From contig JBFXLE010000008.1 of the NCBI GenBank assembly GCA_050173015.1, forward strand, positions 96,584 to 160,583: a stretch of 64,000 nt of DNA, read 5' to 3'. Below the pieces are notes generated by a model. That model ran no database searches. It saw only the letters and a program-made list of their open reading frames with translations, and was not told the origin of the DNA. Positions 49,605-58,423 of this stretch are shown piece after piece. Numbering within the stretch: the first letter of the stretch is position 1; each line of letters opens with the position of its first letter. Both the position numbers and the translations under genes were made by a program. Source of the stretch: Calditrichaceae bacterium (GTDB lineage Bacteria; Calditrichota; Calditrichia; Calditrichales; JBFXGD01).

Positions 49605-50249
49605 TTACTCCTCTGATATTTTTTGTGTTCTGGAAAAAAATATGGCCGCAACAAGCAGCGCAGCCGCAACACCCAAAAAAACGGCGCCTGACCGCGGCAT
49701 ATTTGTCACTCCAAAATTTGCAATCTGCCTGAAGCCAATGAGTGGCGGTGTAAAACCTTCAATTTTCATGGCAGCTTGCGGGGATAAATCATGCCCGTAA
49801 TTGTAAAGCCATATATAAAAACGATAAAAACTGAAGCCCGCAAGGTAACTCAGGAGCACCACCAGATCTATGAGTCCCGACATGCGTCCCATGATGAGCA
49901 GCCTTAGTGCCAGCAGTGAAAGAATACCGATGGCCAATGGCAGCCAGGTCAACTCCGGAAAATCACTTTCCTGAATATGTTTCATACCGATGTAGTGATT
50001 CAGAACATTTATTTCTTTCAAATGTCTGCCATGATCTCCACTCTCCAGTTTATGTGAGTAAATATCCAAAACGAGTCCATCAGGATAGAAATTCGAATTG
50101 AGGGTCATTCTATAGAGTGGAAAGGCGTATGTCATCAACAGGCTGACCACGGCGATTAATATCAAAACACGTGATTTGACGGTCAGCGGAAGATCGGTGA
50201 AATGATTCAGCTTTTCCAGAAATTTATCGATGCGATTTGAATTTTTCAT
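49605..50249 (-). CDS. nosB: Clade II nos membrane protein NosB
   Basis: YPDGL, EINVLNHYIGMK, FPEL, WLYNYGHDL, FTPPLIG..QIANF; directly after nosZ. Start moved to MKNSN. Confidence 0.85.
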   Translation of the reverse strand: MKNSNRIDKFLEKLNHFTDLPLTVKSRVLILIAVVSLLMTYAFPLYRMTLNSNFYPDGLVLDIYSHKLESGDHGRHLKEINVLNHYIGMKHIQESDFPELTWLPLAIGILSLLALRLLIMGRMSGLIDLVVLLSYLAGFSFYRFYIWLYNYGHDLSPQAAMKIEGFTPPLIGFRQIANFGVTNMPRSGAVFLGVAAALLVAAIFFSRTQKISEE

Positions 50250-50308
50250 TAGTAACTCCTTAAAAATGCCTTTACCGGGCTCCTTCTGCAAATGATCAAC
50301 ATCCTGAA

Positions 50309-52273
50309 TTAATTTATAAGTTTCGCGTGTTTGATTTTATTTGCCGGAGTGATTTCAAGTTTTTCAGCACCTTTCGGCTTCACCAATAGATAACCCTGCA
50401 TTTCCTGATGCAGCGCCGAACAGAAATTCGTGCAGTAGAACGGCCAGACACCCGGTTTATTGAGTTTTACAGTAAGAGTTTTGGTTTCTCCGGGAAACAA
50501 ATCGGTGTTAACATCATATTCACATATGGCGAATCCATGAATTTCATCCCGCATTTCTTCAATATTTGTCAAATGAATAGTGAGATTATCCCCTTCCATA
50601 CATTCGATTTTTGTCGGCGCTAATGTACTCCTGACAACAGTCATCCATACTTCCACGTTGTTTCCATTTCTCACAACTTTGGCATCTTTCGCATCCCAAA
50701 TAGCATTCGGATGTTCATTGAAAATAGCATTAGACGGAGCATCTGATCCTTTTTTGTAGAACATTTCTACGACATTGGAAGCAATCAGGTCCGCTTTGAG
50801 AAAAACCGCATAATGAGGTTCCGGCTCCGGGAATGCCTGGAATATCATTTTCATTTTCTCACCGGATATATCTATTAACTGACCGCTTTCCGGCATATCC
50901 GGTCCGACCGGTAAATGTGTGCCTTTGGACAATTTATTCAGCGATATTAACCAGTTTCCATGGGGATGCATAGTTTCTCCGTGAGCAACCGCCAAATGCC
51001 CCACATTGTAAGCGACAGGAATCTTATCGACCAGTTCCCATTTATCATTCAGACCCACACTCCATTTCGCGATCGCGCTTTCAACAAAAAGACTGGTGTA
51101 GGCATAACCTTTTTCGTCAAACTGAGTGTGAAGCGGACCAAGCCCTACAGTTACTTCCGCTTCTCTGACAGCATTATAGCGTAACACAGGAATGCCGTCT
51201 TCATCGCCTTCGAAGTCTTTACTGTTAATTGCCTGCTGAATTTTTTCAAAACTAAAAATTGACACTGTTGGCGAAAGTTTGCCATTACCAACGATATATT
51301 TGCCGTCAGGAGTCACATCGACCCCGTGAGGACTCTTCGGACATGGAACAAGGTAAACTAAACCGGGATTCTTGTTCGGGTCAAGCACAGGAACTCCGCC
51401 CAGCATAATTGTTTTTCCGGAATCTTTTATATTTTTTTCTGCAAGTTTCCAGTTGACGACCGCGATATAATCCATTTCTTTCTGGGAAGCGGTAACCTCC
51501 AGAACACCCGTCGCTCTCTCTGAATTATAGCAAGTCCAGAATGCCCATCCGTCACTTGGACCTTTACCGGCATCACCAAGGTCAAAATTGAACGGCGGCA
51601 TCAAAATTTCCCAGCCGTAACTAAAATGACCGTCAACAGGATCAATTTTTATTCCCGCCACAATTCCTTTATATGATTTCGCGTAATCTTCAACGTCTTC
51701 ATATTTTCCCTTTGGTAGCGGTATAGAAAATCGGCTGGCCATTAGTGAGTACTCAGTATTCGGAGTCACATAAGCGGACCCATGATCACCCATCACATTG
51801 GGAACAGGCCCGAATACTTCAACTGTCCTGAAGGTACGAAGATCGATTCTTGCCGTCCTGTTATTTGCGTTGTCATTCACAAATAACCATCTTCCGTCAT
51901 AATCACCATTCGTTTCACTGGGCGCGGGATGATGCACGTCGCCCCATCTGAAATCACCCATCAGAGCTTCACTCTCAACGTCAAATCCGTACCCCGTGGC
52001 CGCGTAATCCTGAAACACAGGAATCGTGCGAATATGACGCATTGACGGAACACCATAAACATACACACAACCATTGTGACCGCCGGACATGAACACATAG
52101 TAATCATCAAAATCACCCGGAGCGACATAAGTCCTCAGTGCATTTTCTGCGACTTCGCTCTTGGCAGTGGTCCCCTGTTTTTCTCCGCCGCCACATCCAC
52201 CGCCCATAAACATCATAAAGATGCCCGCGATTATAAAAGTGGTCAGCATCGGAACTAAAATACTGCGTTTCAT
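50309..52273 (-). CDS. nosZ: Clade II (Sec-dependent) nitrous oxide reductase
   Basis: CuZ His motifs DVHH, GDHG, SPHG, GPLH, VGH, EPH. CuA: EIHG...CTNFCSALHQEM. No twin-Arg; lipobox-like GGGC. Confidence 0.97.
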   Translation of the reverse strand: MKRSILVPMLTTFIIAGIFMMFMGGGCGGGEKQGTTAKSEVAENALRTYVAPGDFDDYYVFMSGGHNGCVYVYGVPSMRHIRTIPVFQDYAATGYGFDVESEALMGDFRWGDVHHPAPSETNGDYDGRWLFVNDNANNRTARIDLRTFRTVEVFGPVPNVMGDHGSAYVTPNTEYSLMASRFSIPLPKGKYEDVEDYAKSYKGIVAGIKIDPVDGHFSYGWEILMPPFNFDLGDAGKGPSDGWAFWTCYNSERATGVLEVTASQKEMDYIAVVNWKLAEKNIKDSGKTIMLGGVPVLDPNKNPGLVYLVPCPKSPHGVDVTPDGKYIVGNGKLSPTVSIFSFEKIQQAINSKDFEGDEDGIPVLRYNAVREAEVTVGLGPLHTQFDEKGYAYTSLFVESAIAKWSVGLNDKWELVDKIPVAYNVGHLAVAHGETMHPHGNWLISLNKLSKGTHLPVGPDMPESGQLIDISGEKMKMIFQAFPEPEPHYAVFLKADLIASNVVEMFYKKGSDAPSNAIFNEHPNAIWDAKDAKVVRNGNNVEVWMTVVRSTLAPTKIECMEGDNLTIHLTNIEEMRDEIHGFAICEYDVNTDLFPGETKTLTVKLNKPGVWPFYCTNFCSALHQEMQGYLLVKPKGAEKLEITPANKIKHAKLIN

Positions 52274-52358
52274 GCTTTAATCCTCCTTACGAGATAAGTA
52301 AACCCTTAACCAGATTGACACCAATCAGGCCATTATTTATTGTATTAATCCCCGGTTT

Positions 52359-53591
52359 TCAATTTAAATTTAGAGCTTTCATCCGCTCGGCTTCCTCCGC
52401 TCTCGCTAACTTATAAGCATTATTAAGCAGCGTTATAACTTCCTGTTTTTCTTTGTCCGTCAGTACAATCTGGGTTGAAAGCACCACTTCCATCGTGGCT
52501 TTGGGAGTGACCATAAACTGCTCAAGTGTCAGATTAAATCGTTTTTGCACATCTTCCGCCGCCTTACTCAACTCAGGCCCAATATTGGTAGGTGATTCTA
52601 CTTCATACACCTTAACGCTATGACAAATAAAACACCCTTTTTCGACAAAGAATTTGCCGCCGCCTTCCATCATTCTTCTTTCCTTATCTATTTCTTCCTT
52701 TGTTTTCTCCTCGGTGAGATTAATTCCCGGCAAATACTCGACAGGCACATTCATCTTCTGCCAGCTCATCACAAGCATTGCCAGAGACTGACCATCTTTT
52801 GTCGAAAAATTAAATTGCGGCATGATTGATGTAGGTACGAGCGCTGTAGGCGAGCGCAAATGCTGAACATGCCAGTTAAAAGAAGATTTATAGGATGTTG
52901 TATAATATGTAAAATCAAGCATTTCAGGATTTTTATCACCCTCATACATCAAATCAGGACCGATTACTCCACCCTGCCCGTTGATCCTGTGGCAGGCGCT
53001 GCAGCCTTTAGTCTTCATCAATTTTTTTGCATGGTTGATGTATTCCATCCCCTCCGTATATCTCTCGTAACGGTGACAGGCGTTACAGTTCACCTCCATG
53101 AGCGCCCCTTTCGAACGCACGAGATAAATATCTTCTATCTCCCTGCCTAAAACCGGAAATTCCCAGTGAGGTACCGCGCCGTATGCGGTCGCAAATTCCA
53201 GCGAATACCCCTGCCCGCCATGACAAACAGTACAGCCGTACTTTTCGATCGGGTGCTTTTGCAATATTTTCGACGGGTGACTCCTATGCGGATTTGGACT
53301 GTATTCCATACCTTTCCATGTTAACCCCAGATGACAGGATGGACATCGGTCAACCCGGTTAAGATCCGCGATATAGATCTGCTTGATGCCTTTCTCAATC
53401 TTTGAAGCGGTCTCCTTGCCGGATTTTTCAAGAACGATATCATAAAAATCATCCTGGTACGCGCTCCAGTCAGCTGAATATGACTGAATAATTATAAATC
53501 CTGTAATAACCAGGAGAAACAATGACAGGGAAAAAAGCAGATATGGTTCATTCTTTATCCCGTCAAAACTAAATTTTTTAAATATATTCAT
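52359..53591 (-). CDS. Membrane-anchored pentaheme cytochrome c of the Rieske/cytochrome b complex
   Basis: Five CxxCH: CPSCH, CTVCH, CNACH, CSACH, CFICH; N-terminal TM. Start moved to MNIFKK. Confidence 0.88.
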   Translation of the reverse strand: MNIFKKFSFDGIKNEPYLLFSLSLFLLVITGFIIIQSYSADWSAYQDDFYDIVLEKSGKETASKIEKGIKQIYIADLNRVDRCPSCHLGLTWKGMEYSPNPHRSHPSKILQKHPIEKYGCTVCHGGQGYSLEFATAYGAVPHWEFPVLGREIEDIYLVRSKGALMEVNCNACHRYERYTEGMEYINHAKKLMKTKGCSACHRINGQGGVIGPDLMYEGDKNPEMLDFTYYTTSYKSSFNWHVQHLRSPTALVPTSIMPQFNFSTKDGQSLAMLVMSWQKMNVPVEYLPGINLTEEKTKEEIDKERRMMEGGGKFFVEKGCFICHSVKVYEVESPTNIGPELSKAAEDVQKRFNLTLEQFMVTPKATMEVVLSTQIVLTDKEKQEVITLLNNAYKLARAEEAERMKALNLN

Positions 53592-53608
53592 TATATATAC
53601 TCCGCCTA

Positions 53609-54991
53609 TCAGAATCGAACCGGTATTGAAGGCCACGCTTCCCATGGCCAGTAAAAATCATAAAATGTGCCGCGCATAAACGTGCCGACAATAACAAGTA
53701 CCAAAATGAGTACGACGATGATGATAAATATCAAATTTTGTTTATTTCTGCCCTTATGAAACCACACCCCTATTGCTTGTGGGCCGCTTTTATCGATAAA
53801 CGGCCAGACGGCAAGTAAAACAAGAAGTACTCCCGGTACGATAATCCCCCCGATAAGCGCGCCGTTCAGCATGTAGCCGCCGATTTTGAAAGATGTATCC
53901 GCGACCAGTTCCTGCAGCCACAAAAAATACCATGGCGCCTTCGCGACGTCAGGGGTGACCCCCGGATTGGCCGGCGCTTCGAGAGGCGCCTTAAAAAGTA
54001 TTGATAAAACCGTGGTTACCAGAAATGTCAGAATAAAAACGGTGAGGATTCTTCTTGGTAAAAATGGACTGGTATTAAGAGTATCCTCCTCAGATACCAT
54101 TGATGTGATGACGCTCGGTCTTTGCCCTCTGGCGATTCCCAACAGTGAATATGTTTTTGATGAGGTGACTTCAATGGTTTGCTCTTTTCGCTCAAGGGCA
54201 AGATGATCAACGCAGGCCAGCCCGCCGTCTTTACGGATTCGCCACATATGATATGAGATTAGTATGAGGAGAATTATCGGCAGAAACGCCACATGCAGCA
54301 CATAAAAACGAATCAGAGTGTTTTGCTCGATCTGATTGCCGCCAAGCAGAAGATAACTCATAGAGTCGCCGATCAGCGGCGCGGCCTTCGCGATATTGGT
54401 TCCCACAGTGATCGCCCAGTAGGCAAGCTGATCCCATGGCAAAAGGTATCCTGTAAAAGAAAGAAACATCGTGAGCAAAAGTAAAAGTATGCCCGACAGC
54501 CAGTTCACCGCTCGGTTCGCTCCGACGACTTCCGCGCTGCGGTAAGCGCCGGTTAAAAACACTCTTACCATATGAAAAAACACAACCGCGACCATCAGAT
54601 GGGCCGCCATTCTGTGGGTGTTGCGAAGAAGCCATCCAAATGAAATCACAAATTCTATATCCTTGACACTCCAGTAAGCGCGTTCGATGGATGGAACATA
54701 GTAGAACATCAGGACAACGCCGGTAATAGAAAGGATTAAGAATAATGACGCTGAAATCGTACCCAGCCAGAGCGAATACCCCCAGGAGAGGCTTTTTTTT
54801 GTGATTTTTGCCGGAAACCAGTGTAGCAGGAAATTCCGTATGATCGATTCTCCCGCTTCTTTCGCGCTGCGTGGAAGCCATGTCCAAATGCTTCTTTCCC
54901 AAACATTCAGCCAGTACTCCCGCGATATAATCTTTCCGTTTCCGTTACTTTTTACTTCAGGCGTGTCGGTTACTTTTTCTTGAAGATCCAT
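53609..54991 (-). CDS. Cytochrome b of a Rieske/cytochrome b complex (b6 and subunit IV parts in one chain)
   Basis: Heme His in RNTHRMAAHLM...FFHM and YVLHV...SYHM; TGYLLPWDQLAYWA; Qo motif variant AKAPWYF. Confidence 0.92.
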   Translation of the reverse strand: MDLQEKVTDTPEVKSNGNGKIISREYWLNVWERSIWTWLPRSAKEAGESIIRNFLLHWFPAKITKKSLSWGYSLWLGTISASLFLILSITGVVLMFYYVPSIERAYWSVKDIEFVISFGWLLRNTHRMAAHLMVAVVFFHMVRVFLTGAYRSAEVVGANRAVNWLSGILLLLLTMFLSFTGYLLPWDQLAYWAITVGTNIAKAAPLIGDSMSYLLLGGNQIEQNTLIRFYVLHVAFLPIILLILISYHMWRIRKDGGLACVDHLALERKEQTIEVTSSKTYSLLGIARGQRPSVITSMVSEEDTLNTSPFLPRRILTVFILTFLVTTVLSILFKAPLEAPANPGVTPDVAKAPWYFLWLQELVADTSFKIGGYMLNGALIGGIIVPGVLLVLLAVWPFIDKSGPQAIGVWFHKGRNKQNLIFIIIVVLILVLVIVGTFMRGTFYDFYWPWEAWPSIPVRF

Positions 54992-55007
54992 ATTGATACT
55001 CCAAAAC

Positions 55008-55523
55008 TTAGGAAATATTAAATTCCGTTCCTTTTTTAACTTCGATTGAGGTATCTATTACCAGCTGCTGATCGTCGGGGGCGATATCGATCTTATGCCA
55101 GGGGAGAGGGGTAGGCGCCGGTCCTTCATAATTAGTACCGTCCTCATAAAACTTTGAGCCGTGACAGGGGCAATGATATTCATGGTTAATCTCAACATCT
55201 TTCCCGTCGATTTTCACTGTTTTTGGTTTTGCCAGTTGAACATGCTTCACCGTACAGCCCAGGTGAGTACATACTGCGGTGTGGGCGTGCATTTTTTTGT
55301 GATTTTTGGCGATGAATTCCTTCTGCTCACTAAAAAATTTTACACCGTCCGGAAGATCGGCCGCCATACCTACTTTAAATTTTTGCAGCGGCTCGTACAG
55401 AACATTTGGAACAAAAGAGCGGACCCAAGCGAAAAGATTACCCGCAAAGGCGACAACAATTGTCCCCGCGCCAAGTTTGTTCAAAAATGAACGTCTGGTT
55501 TCTTTCTTTGTTGATTCTGTCAT
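55008..55523 (-). CDS. Rieske [2Fe-2S] protein (Tat-exported)
   Basis: TRRSFL, CTHLGC, CPCHGSKF, GPAPTPL. Confidence 0.93.
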   Translation of the reverse strand: MTESTKKETRRSFLNKLGAGTIVVAFAGNLFAWVRSFVPNVLYEPLQKFKVGMAADLPDGVKFFSEQKEFIAKNHKKMHAHTAVCTHLGCTVKHVQLAKPKTVKIDGKDVEINHEYHCPCHGSKFYEDGTNYEGPAPTPLPWHKIDIAPDDQQLVIDTSIEVKKGTEFNIS

Positions 55524-55538
55524 TTAACTCACCTCTCA

Positions 55539-57476
55539 TCAAACTAATTGTTCATCAAATGAAAATTTTTCCATCGTCATGGCATCCGTCGGACAAATCT
55601 TCGCGCACAATCCGCAACGGATGCACAAATCTGTATCCTTGATCATTACCGAGAGTGGTGTATCATTATTAAGATCAAGACTTTTTGTTATTTTTTCTAT
55701 TTCTTCCTGATTGATAATCATGTCATCAAAGGGTATGATTTTAAGACAGTACTCAGGGCATATATCAACACATCCGCCGCAGAGAATGCATTTCTCCGAA
55801 TCGTAAATTGTCTGAATGTGACACTTCAGACACCTTTCACCCTGCCCGACAGCTTCCTCAATGGAATACCCTGTTTCGACTTCAGTGATCCCTGTTCTGC
55901 GGTCAGTAGAAACAGTGGGAGGAATTTCCCGGTCACACTGTTCATAACCCGCGGGCATATCGTAGTCTCTGGTTTGGATTAGTTCGATTTTGGCGGTAAT
56001 CCTGACTTCCGGTTGAGATATTTTTTGAGACGGTTCAGAAAGATATTTATGAATGGAACCTGCCGCGAGTTTGCCGTTTGCGGCCGCTTCGATCAGTATT
56101 CTTGGACCAAAGGCCACGTCTCCGCCGCAAAAAACACCCGGCGCGGTGGTTTCCAGTGTGTCAGGATTGATTTTTATTGTTCCCTGTGGTAGCACTTCTA
56201 CTTTGTCAGAAGAACTCAAAAACGAAAGATCCGGCACTTGTCCGATTGCTAAAATGACTGTATCAGCTTCTATCACTTTCTCGGTGTCCGGTCTAAGCAC
56301 AGGATTAAACTTCCCGTTCTCATCGAACAACTTTTCCACTTCAAGAAATTCAACACCGCTCAGTTTTCCGTCTTTTCCGGCAAATTTCTTTGGTCCCACG
56401 GATGGTAAAAACCTGATCCCTTCGATAGAAGCTTCGTGCAATTCATCCTTCCCCTGAACAGTTTTCGCCGCAGGCATTTCTTCAAAAGATTCAAGGGACG
56501 CTACCAGAACTTCCGCGCCTCCACGCCTGGCGCTTCGCGCTGCGTCAATAGCGACATGCATTTCTCCGGCTTCAGCGACTCGATCCACTTCATCCATTGG
56601 TTTATAGAACTCGCGTATCGCTGTTCTCGCGGCGTCAAGAGCAACGCTCCCGCCTCCGATGACAATGACTTTTTTACCGAGATCTATCTTATATCCGCTG
56701 TTGACGTTCAATAAGTAATCAACCGCCTTAACAACGCCGTCAAGTTGAATTCCGGGCAAATTAAGATCACGCCCTTTCATGGCCCCGGTGCTGAGAAAGA
56801 TGGATTTATACCCCATTTTTTTTAATTCTTTTAAACCAAAACCCTTGTGGAGGCTTGCGTTATATTTAATCTCGACTCCAAGACTTTTAATAACCGCCAC
56901 CTCTCTGTCGATCACACCGCGGGTAAGACGGTATTCCGGTATTCCCAGACGCATCATGCCACCGGGAATCGCCGCCGCTTCAAAGATGGTCACCTTGTAT
57001 CCCAGAAGCGCGAGATCATGCGCGCATGCTAATCCCGCCGGTCCGGCGCCGATCACAGCGACTTTCACACCATCGTTTCTGCCGTTGTTTTTAAGAAGAT
57101 TGGGCAAATGCCAGGCAAACTTACTACCAACATCGGGTTTTCCGGCTAATAAAGAATTAACCGTATCAGGTTTTGACGATTCCGGACCAAATTGCTCAGT
57201 TACAAACCGTTTTAATCCCCTGATAGTGACCGCCTCATCGAGTTTGCCTCTTCTGCACGCGTCTTCGCACGGAGCGGCGCATACTCTACCGCAAATGGAG
57301 GCTATCGGGTTCGGTGACTTGGCCACAAGGTAGGCATCTTCAAATTTGTTTTCTGCGATTAACTGAACATATTTCCCGGAATCGGTATGAACGGGGCAGG
57401 CCTGAAAACAAGGGACATCACTTCTATACCATTCAAAATCACGAAGATTAGTGATATATTTCACTTTGACTCCCAC
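55539..57476 (-). CDS. GltD/NfnB-like FAD/NAD(P)H oxidoreductase with C-terminal 2[4Fe-4S] ferredoxin domain
   Basis: PCFQACP, ICGRVCAAPCEDAC, GAGPAGL, GIPEYRL, GGGSVALD, GERCLKC, CILCGGCVDICP, CIRCGLCAKICP. Confidence 0.88.
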   Translation of the reverse strand: MGVKVKYITNLRDFEWYRSDVPCFQACPVHTDSGKYVQLIAENKFEDAYLVAKSPNPIASICGRVCAAPCEDACRRGKLDEAVTIRGLKRFVTEQFGPESSKPDTVNSLLAGKPDVGSKFAWHLPNLLKNNGRNDGVKVAVIGAGPAGLACAHDLALLGYKVTIFEAAAIPGGMMRLGIPEYRLTRGVIDREVAVIKSLGVEIKYNASLHKGFGLKELKKMGYKSIFLSTGAMKGRDLNLPGIQLDGVVKAVDYLLNVNSGYKIDLGKKVIVIGGGSVALDAARTAIREFYKPMDEVDRVAEAGEMHVAIDAARSARRGGAEVLVASLESFEEMPAAKTVQGKDELHEASIEGIRFLPSVGPKKFAGKDGKLSGVEFLEVEKLFDENGKFNPVLRPDTEKVIEADTVILAIGQVPDLSFLSSSDKVEVLPQGTIKINPDTLETTAPGVFCGGDVAFGPRILIEAAANGKLAAGSIHKYLSEPSQKISQPEVRITAKIELIQTRDYDMPAGYEQCDREIPPTVSTDRRTGITEVETGYSIEEAVGQGERCLKCHIQTIYDSEKCILCGGCVDICPEYCLKIIPFDDMIINQEEIEKITKSLDLNNDTPLSVMIKDTDLCIRCGLCAKICPTDAMTMEKFSFDEQLV

Positions 57477-57509
57477 AGATACAGTTTTACAATTTTTTCC
57501 AGGTGTTAA

Positions 57510-57926
57510 TTAATGATTAAATACTCTTAGGAAGTTCTTTAAATTGTCACATAACGAAAAATTTCTGTACACATCGCAACTATGACAATCTCCGTTTTTA
57601 CAACTTATTTTTGCTTCAAAACATGGTTGTTTCTTTGAAATGTAGGCTGGACAAGCCCTCTCTTCGTTGCAATTATTGATGTCCCAGCATGGAATGAGCG
57701 CGAGCAGCCGCCTGATACCTTCGATGTTCATCTTTTCATTCTTGATCAAATGTCTGATCTTTTTCAGCCACTCAAGATCATGCTCATCATATATACGCCG
57801 GTTCGTCCCTGTCCGGTGCGGAATTACGATACCTGCATCCTCATACATTCTTAGAGTGTTGGGAGATATATCAAGGAGACGGGCAATATCACCGATGGAA
57901 TACCATTTTTTTATCAATGTTTCCAT
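57510..57926 (-). CDS. MerR-family regulator with 8-Cys C-terminal domain
   Basis: YSIGDIARLLDISPNTLRMYE..G...P.R..TNRRIY HTH; PCW...C...CPAY...PCF...C...C..C...C. Confidence 0.88.
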   Translation of the reverse strand: METLIKKWYSIGDIARLLDISPNTLRMYEDAGIVIPHRTGTNRRIYDEHDLEWLKKIRHLIKNEKMNIEGIRRLLALIPCWDINNCNEERACPAYISKKQPCFEAKISCKNGDCHSCDVYRNFSLCDNLKNFLRVFNH

Positions 57927-57956
57927 ATTACCTACTTTTTACAGGCATTTTTCGCA

Positions 57957-57987
57957 AATCTATATCTACATTTCAAAATGTAATCAA
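57957..57987 (-). promoter_or_regulatory. MerR-type promoter (19-bp spacer containing a dyad) heading the nos supercluster
   Basis: Minus strand TTGATT (57987-57982), N19, TAGATT (57962-57957), with TACAT-N6-ATGTA at 57967-57982. Confidence 0.65.
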
Positions 57988-58215
57988 AATATCAATTTTT
58001 ACAATATGACGCTAACGCATAATCATTGCGCTATAAATACCGGCGGGTCAGATCCGGAGTCATTTCGATGTCCGAAACTGCATTTTTCATCATCCGATTA
58101 AAAGCATTTCAATTTTCTATTCAATTCCGACGGCAAAATCGTCTTCTGTTTTATATCTTTTCTATCGATAACAGTTTGTTTTGCTCATCTCCTCTTTTTT
58201 GAGTCCATTCATCAT

Positions 58216-58325
58216 ATACATTTTAAAATGTATGTTTGTCTTTTATCCTCTGATTAAATTGTATGGTTAAAAATGAATTAAAAAATAATGAATGTCAAGT
58301 GAAAATATATACATAATAAAATGTA
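58216..58325. promoter_or_regulatory. Two further copies of the TACAT-N6-ATGTA dyad
   Basis: ATACATTTTAAAATGTAT perfect palindrome at 58216-58233; TACATAATAAAATGTA at 58310-58325. Confidence 0.65.
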
Positions 58326-58386
58326 GAAAGGAAGGCTGAAAGCTTATTTTACAACAATCTCAATGATATTTTGACGCAAATAAATT

Positions 58387-58417
58387 TAAAATAGCCGTTC
58401 AATGAACGGCTATTTTA
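58387..58417 (-). terminator. Intrinsic terminator after the acyl-CoA dehydrogenase gene
   Basis: TAAAATAGCCGTTC-AAT-GAACGGCTATTTTA perfect inverted repeat a few bp after the stop. Confidence 0.8.
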
Positions 58418-58423
58418 CCGGCA

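Noticed and set aside
52315-52328. FNR/DNR-like box TTGAC-ACCA-ATCAG upstream of nosZ
   Set aside because: It has two mismatches and is too close to the RBS for a -41.5 site. It is equally explained as a short RNA hairpin.
54231-54902. 223-aa alternative-frame ORF inside cytochrome b
   Set aside because: It lies fully within a well-supported gene and has no motifs. The same applies to the other nested or antisense ORFs (e.g. 1799-2263, 31772-32290, 56779-57333).
55539-57476. Glutamate synthase small subunit
   Set aside because: There is no gltB, the protein has an extra ferredoxin domain, and it is coupled to Rieske/cytb genes.
58020-58215. Small ORF or pseudogene in the region upstream of the MerR gene
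   Set aside because: Only very short frames were found despite a GAGGAG-like sequence, with no recognisable protein similarity.
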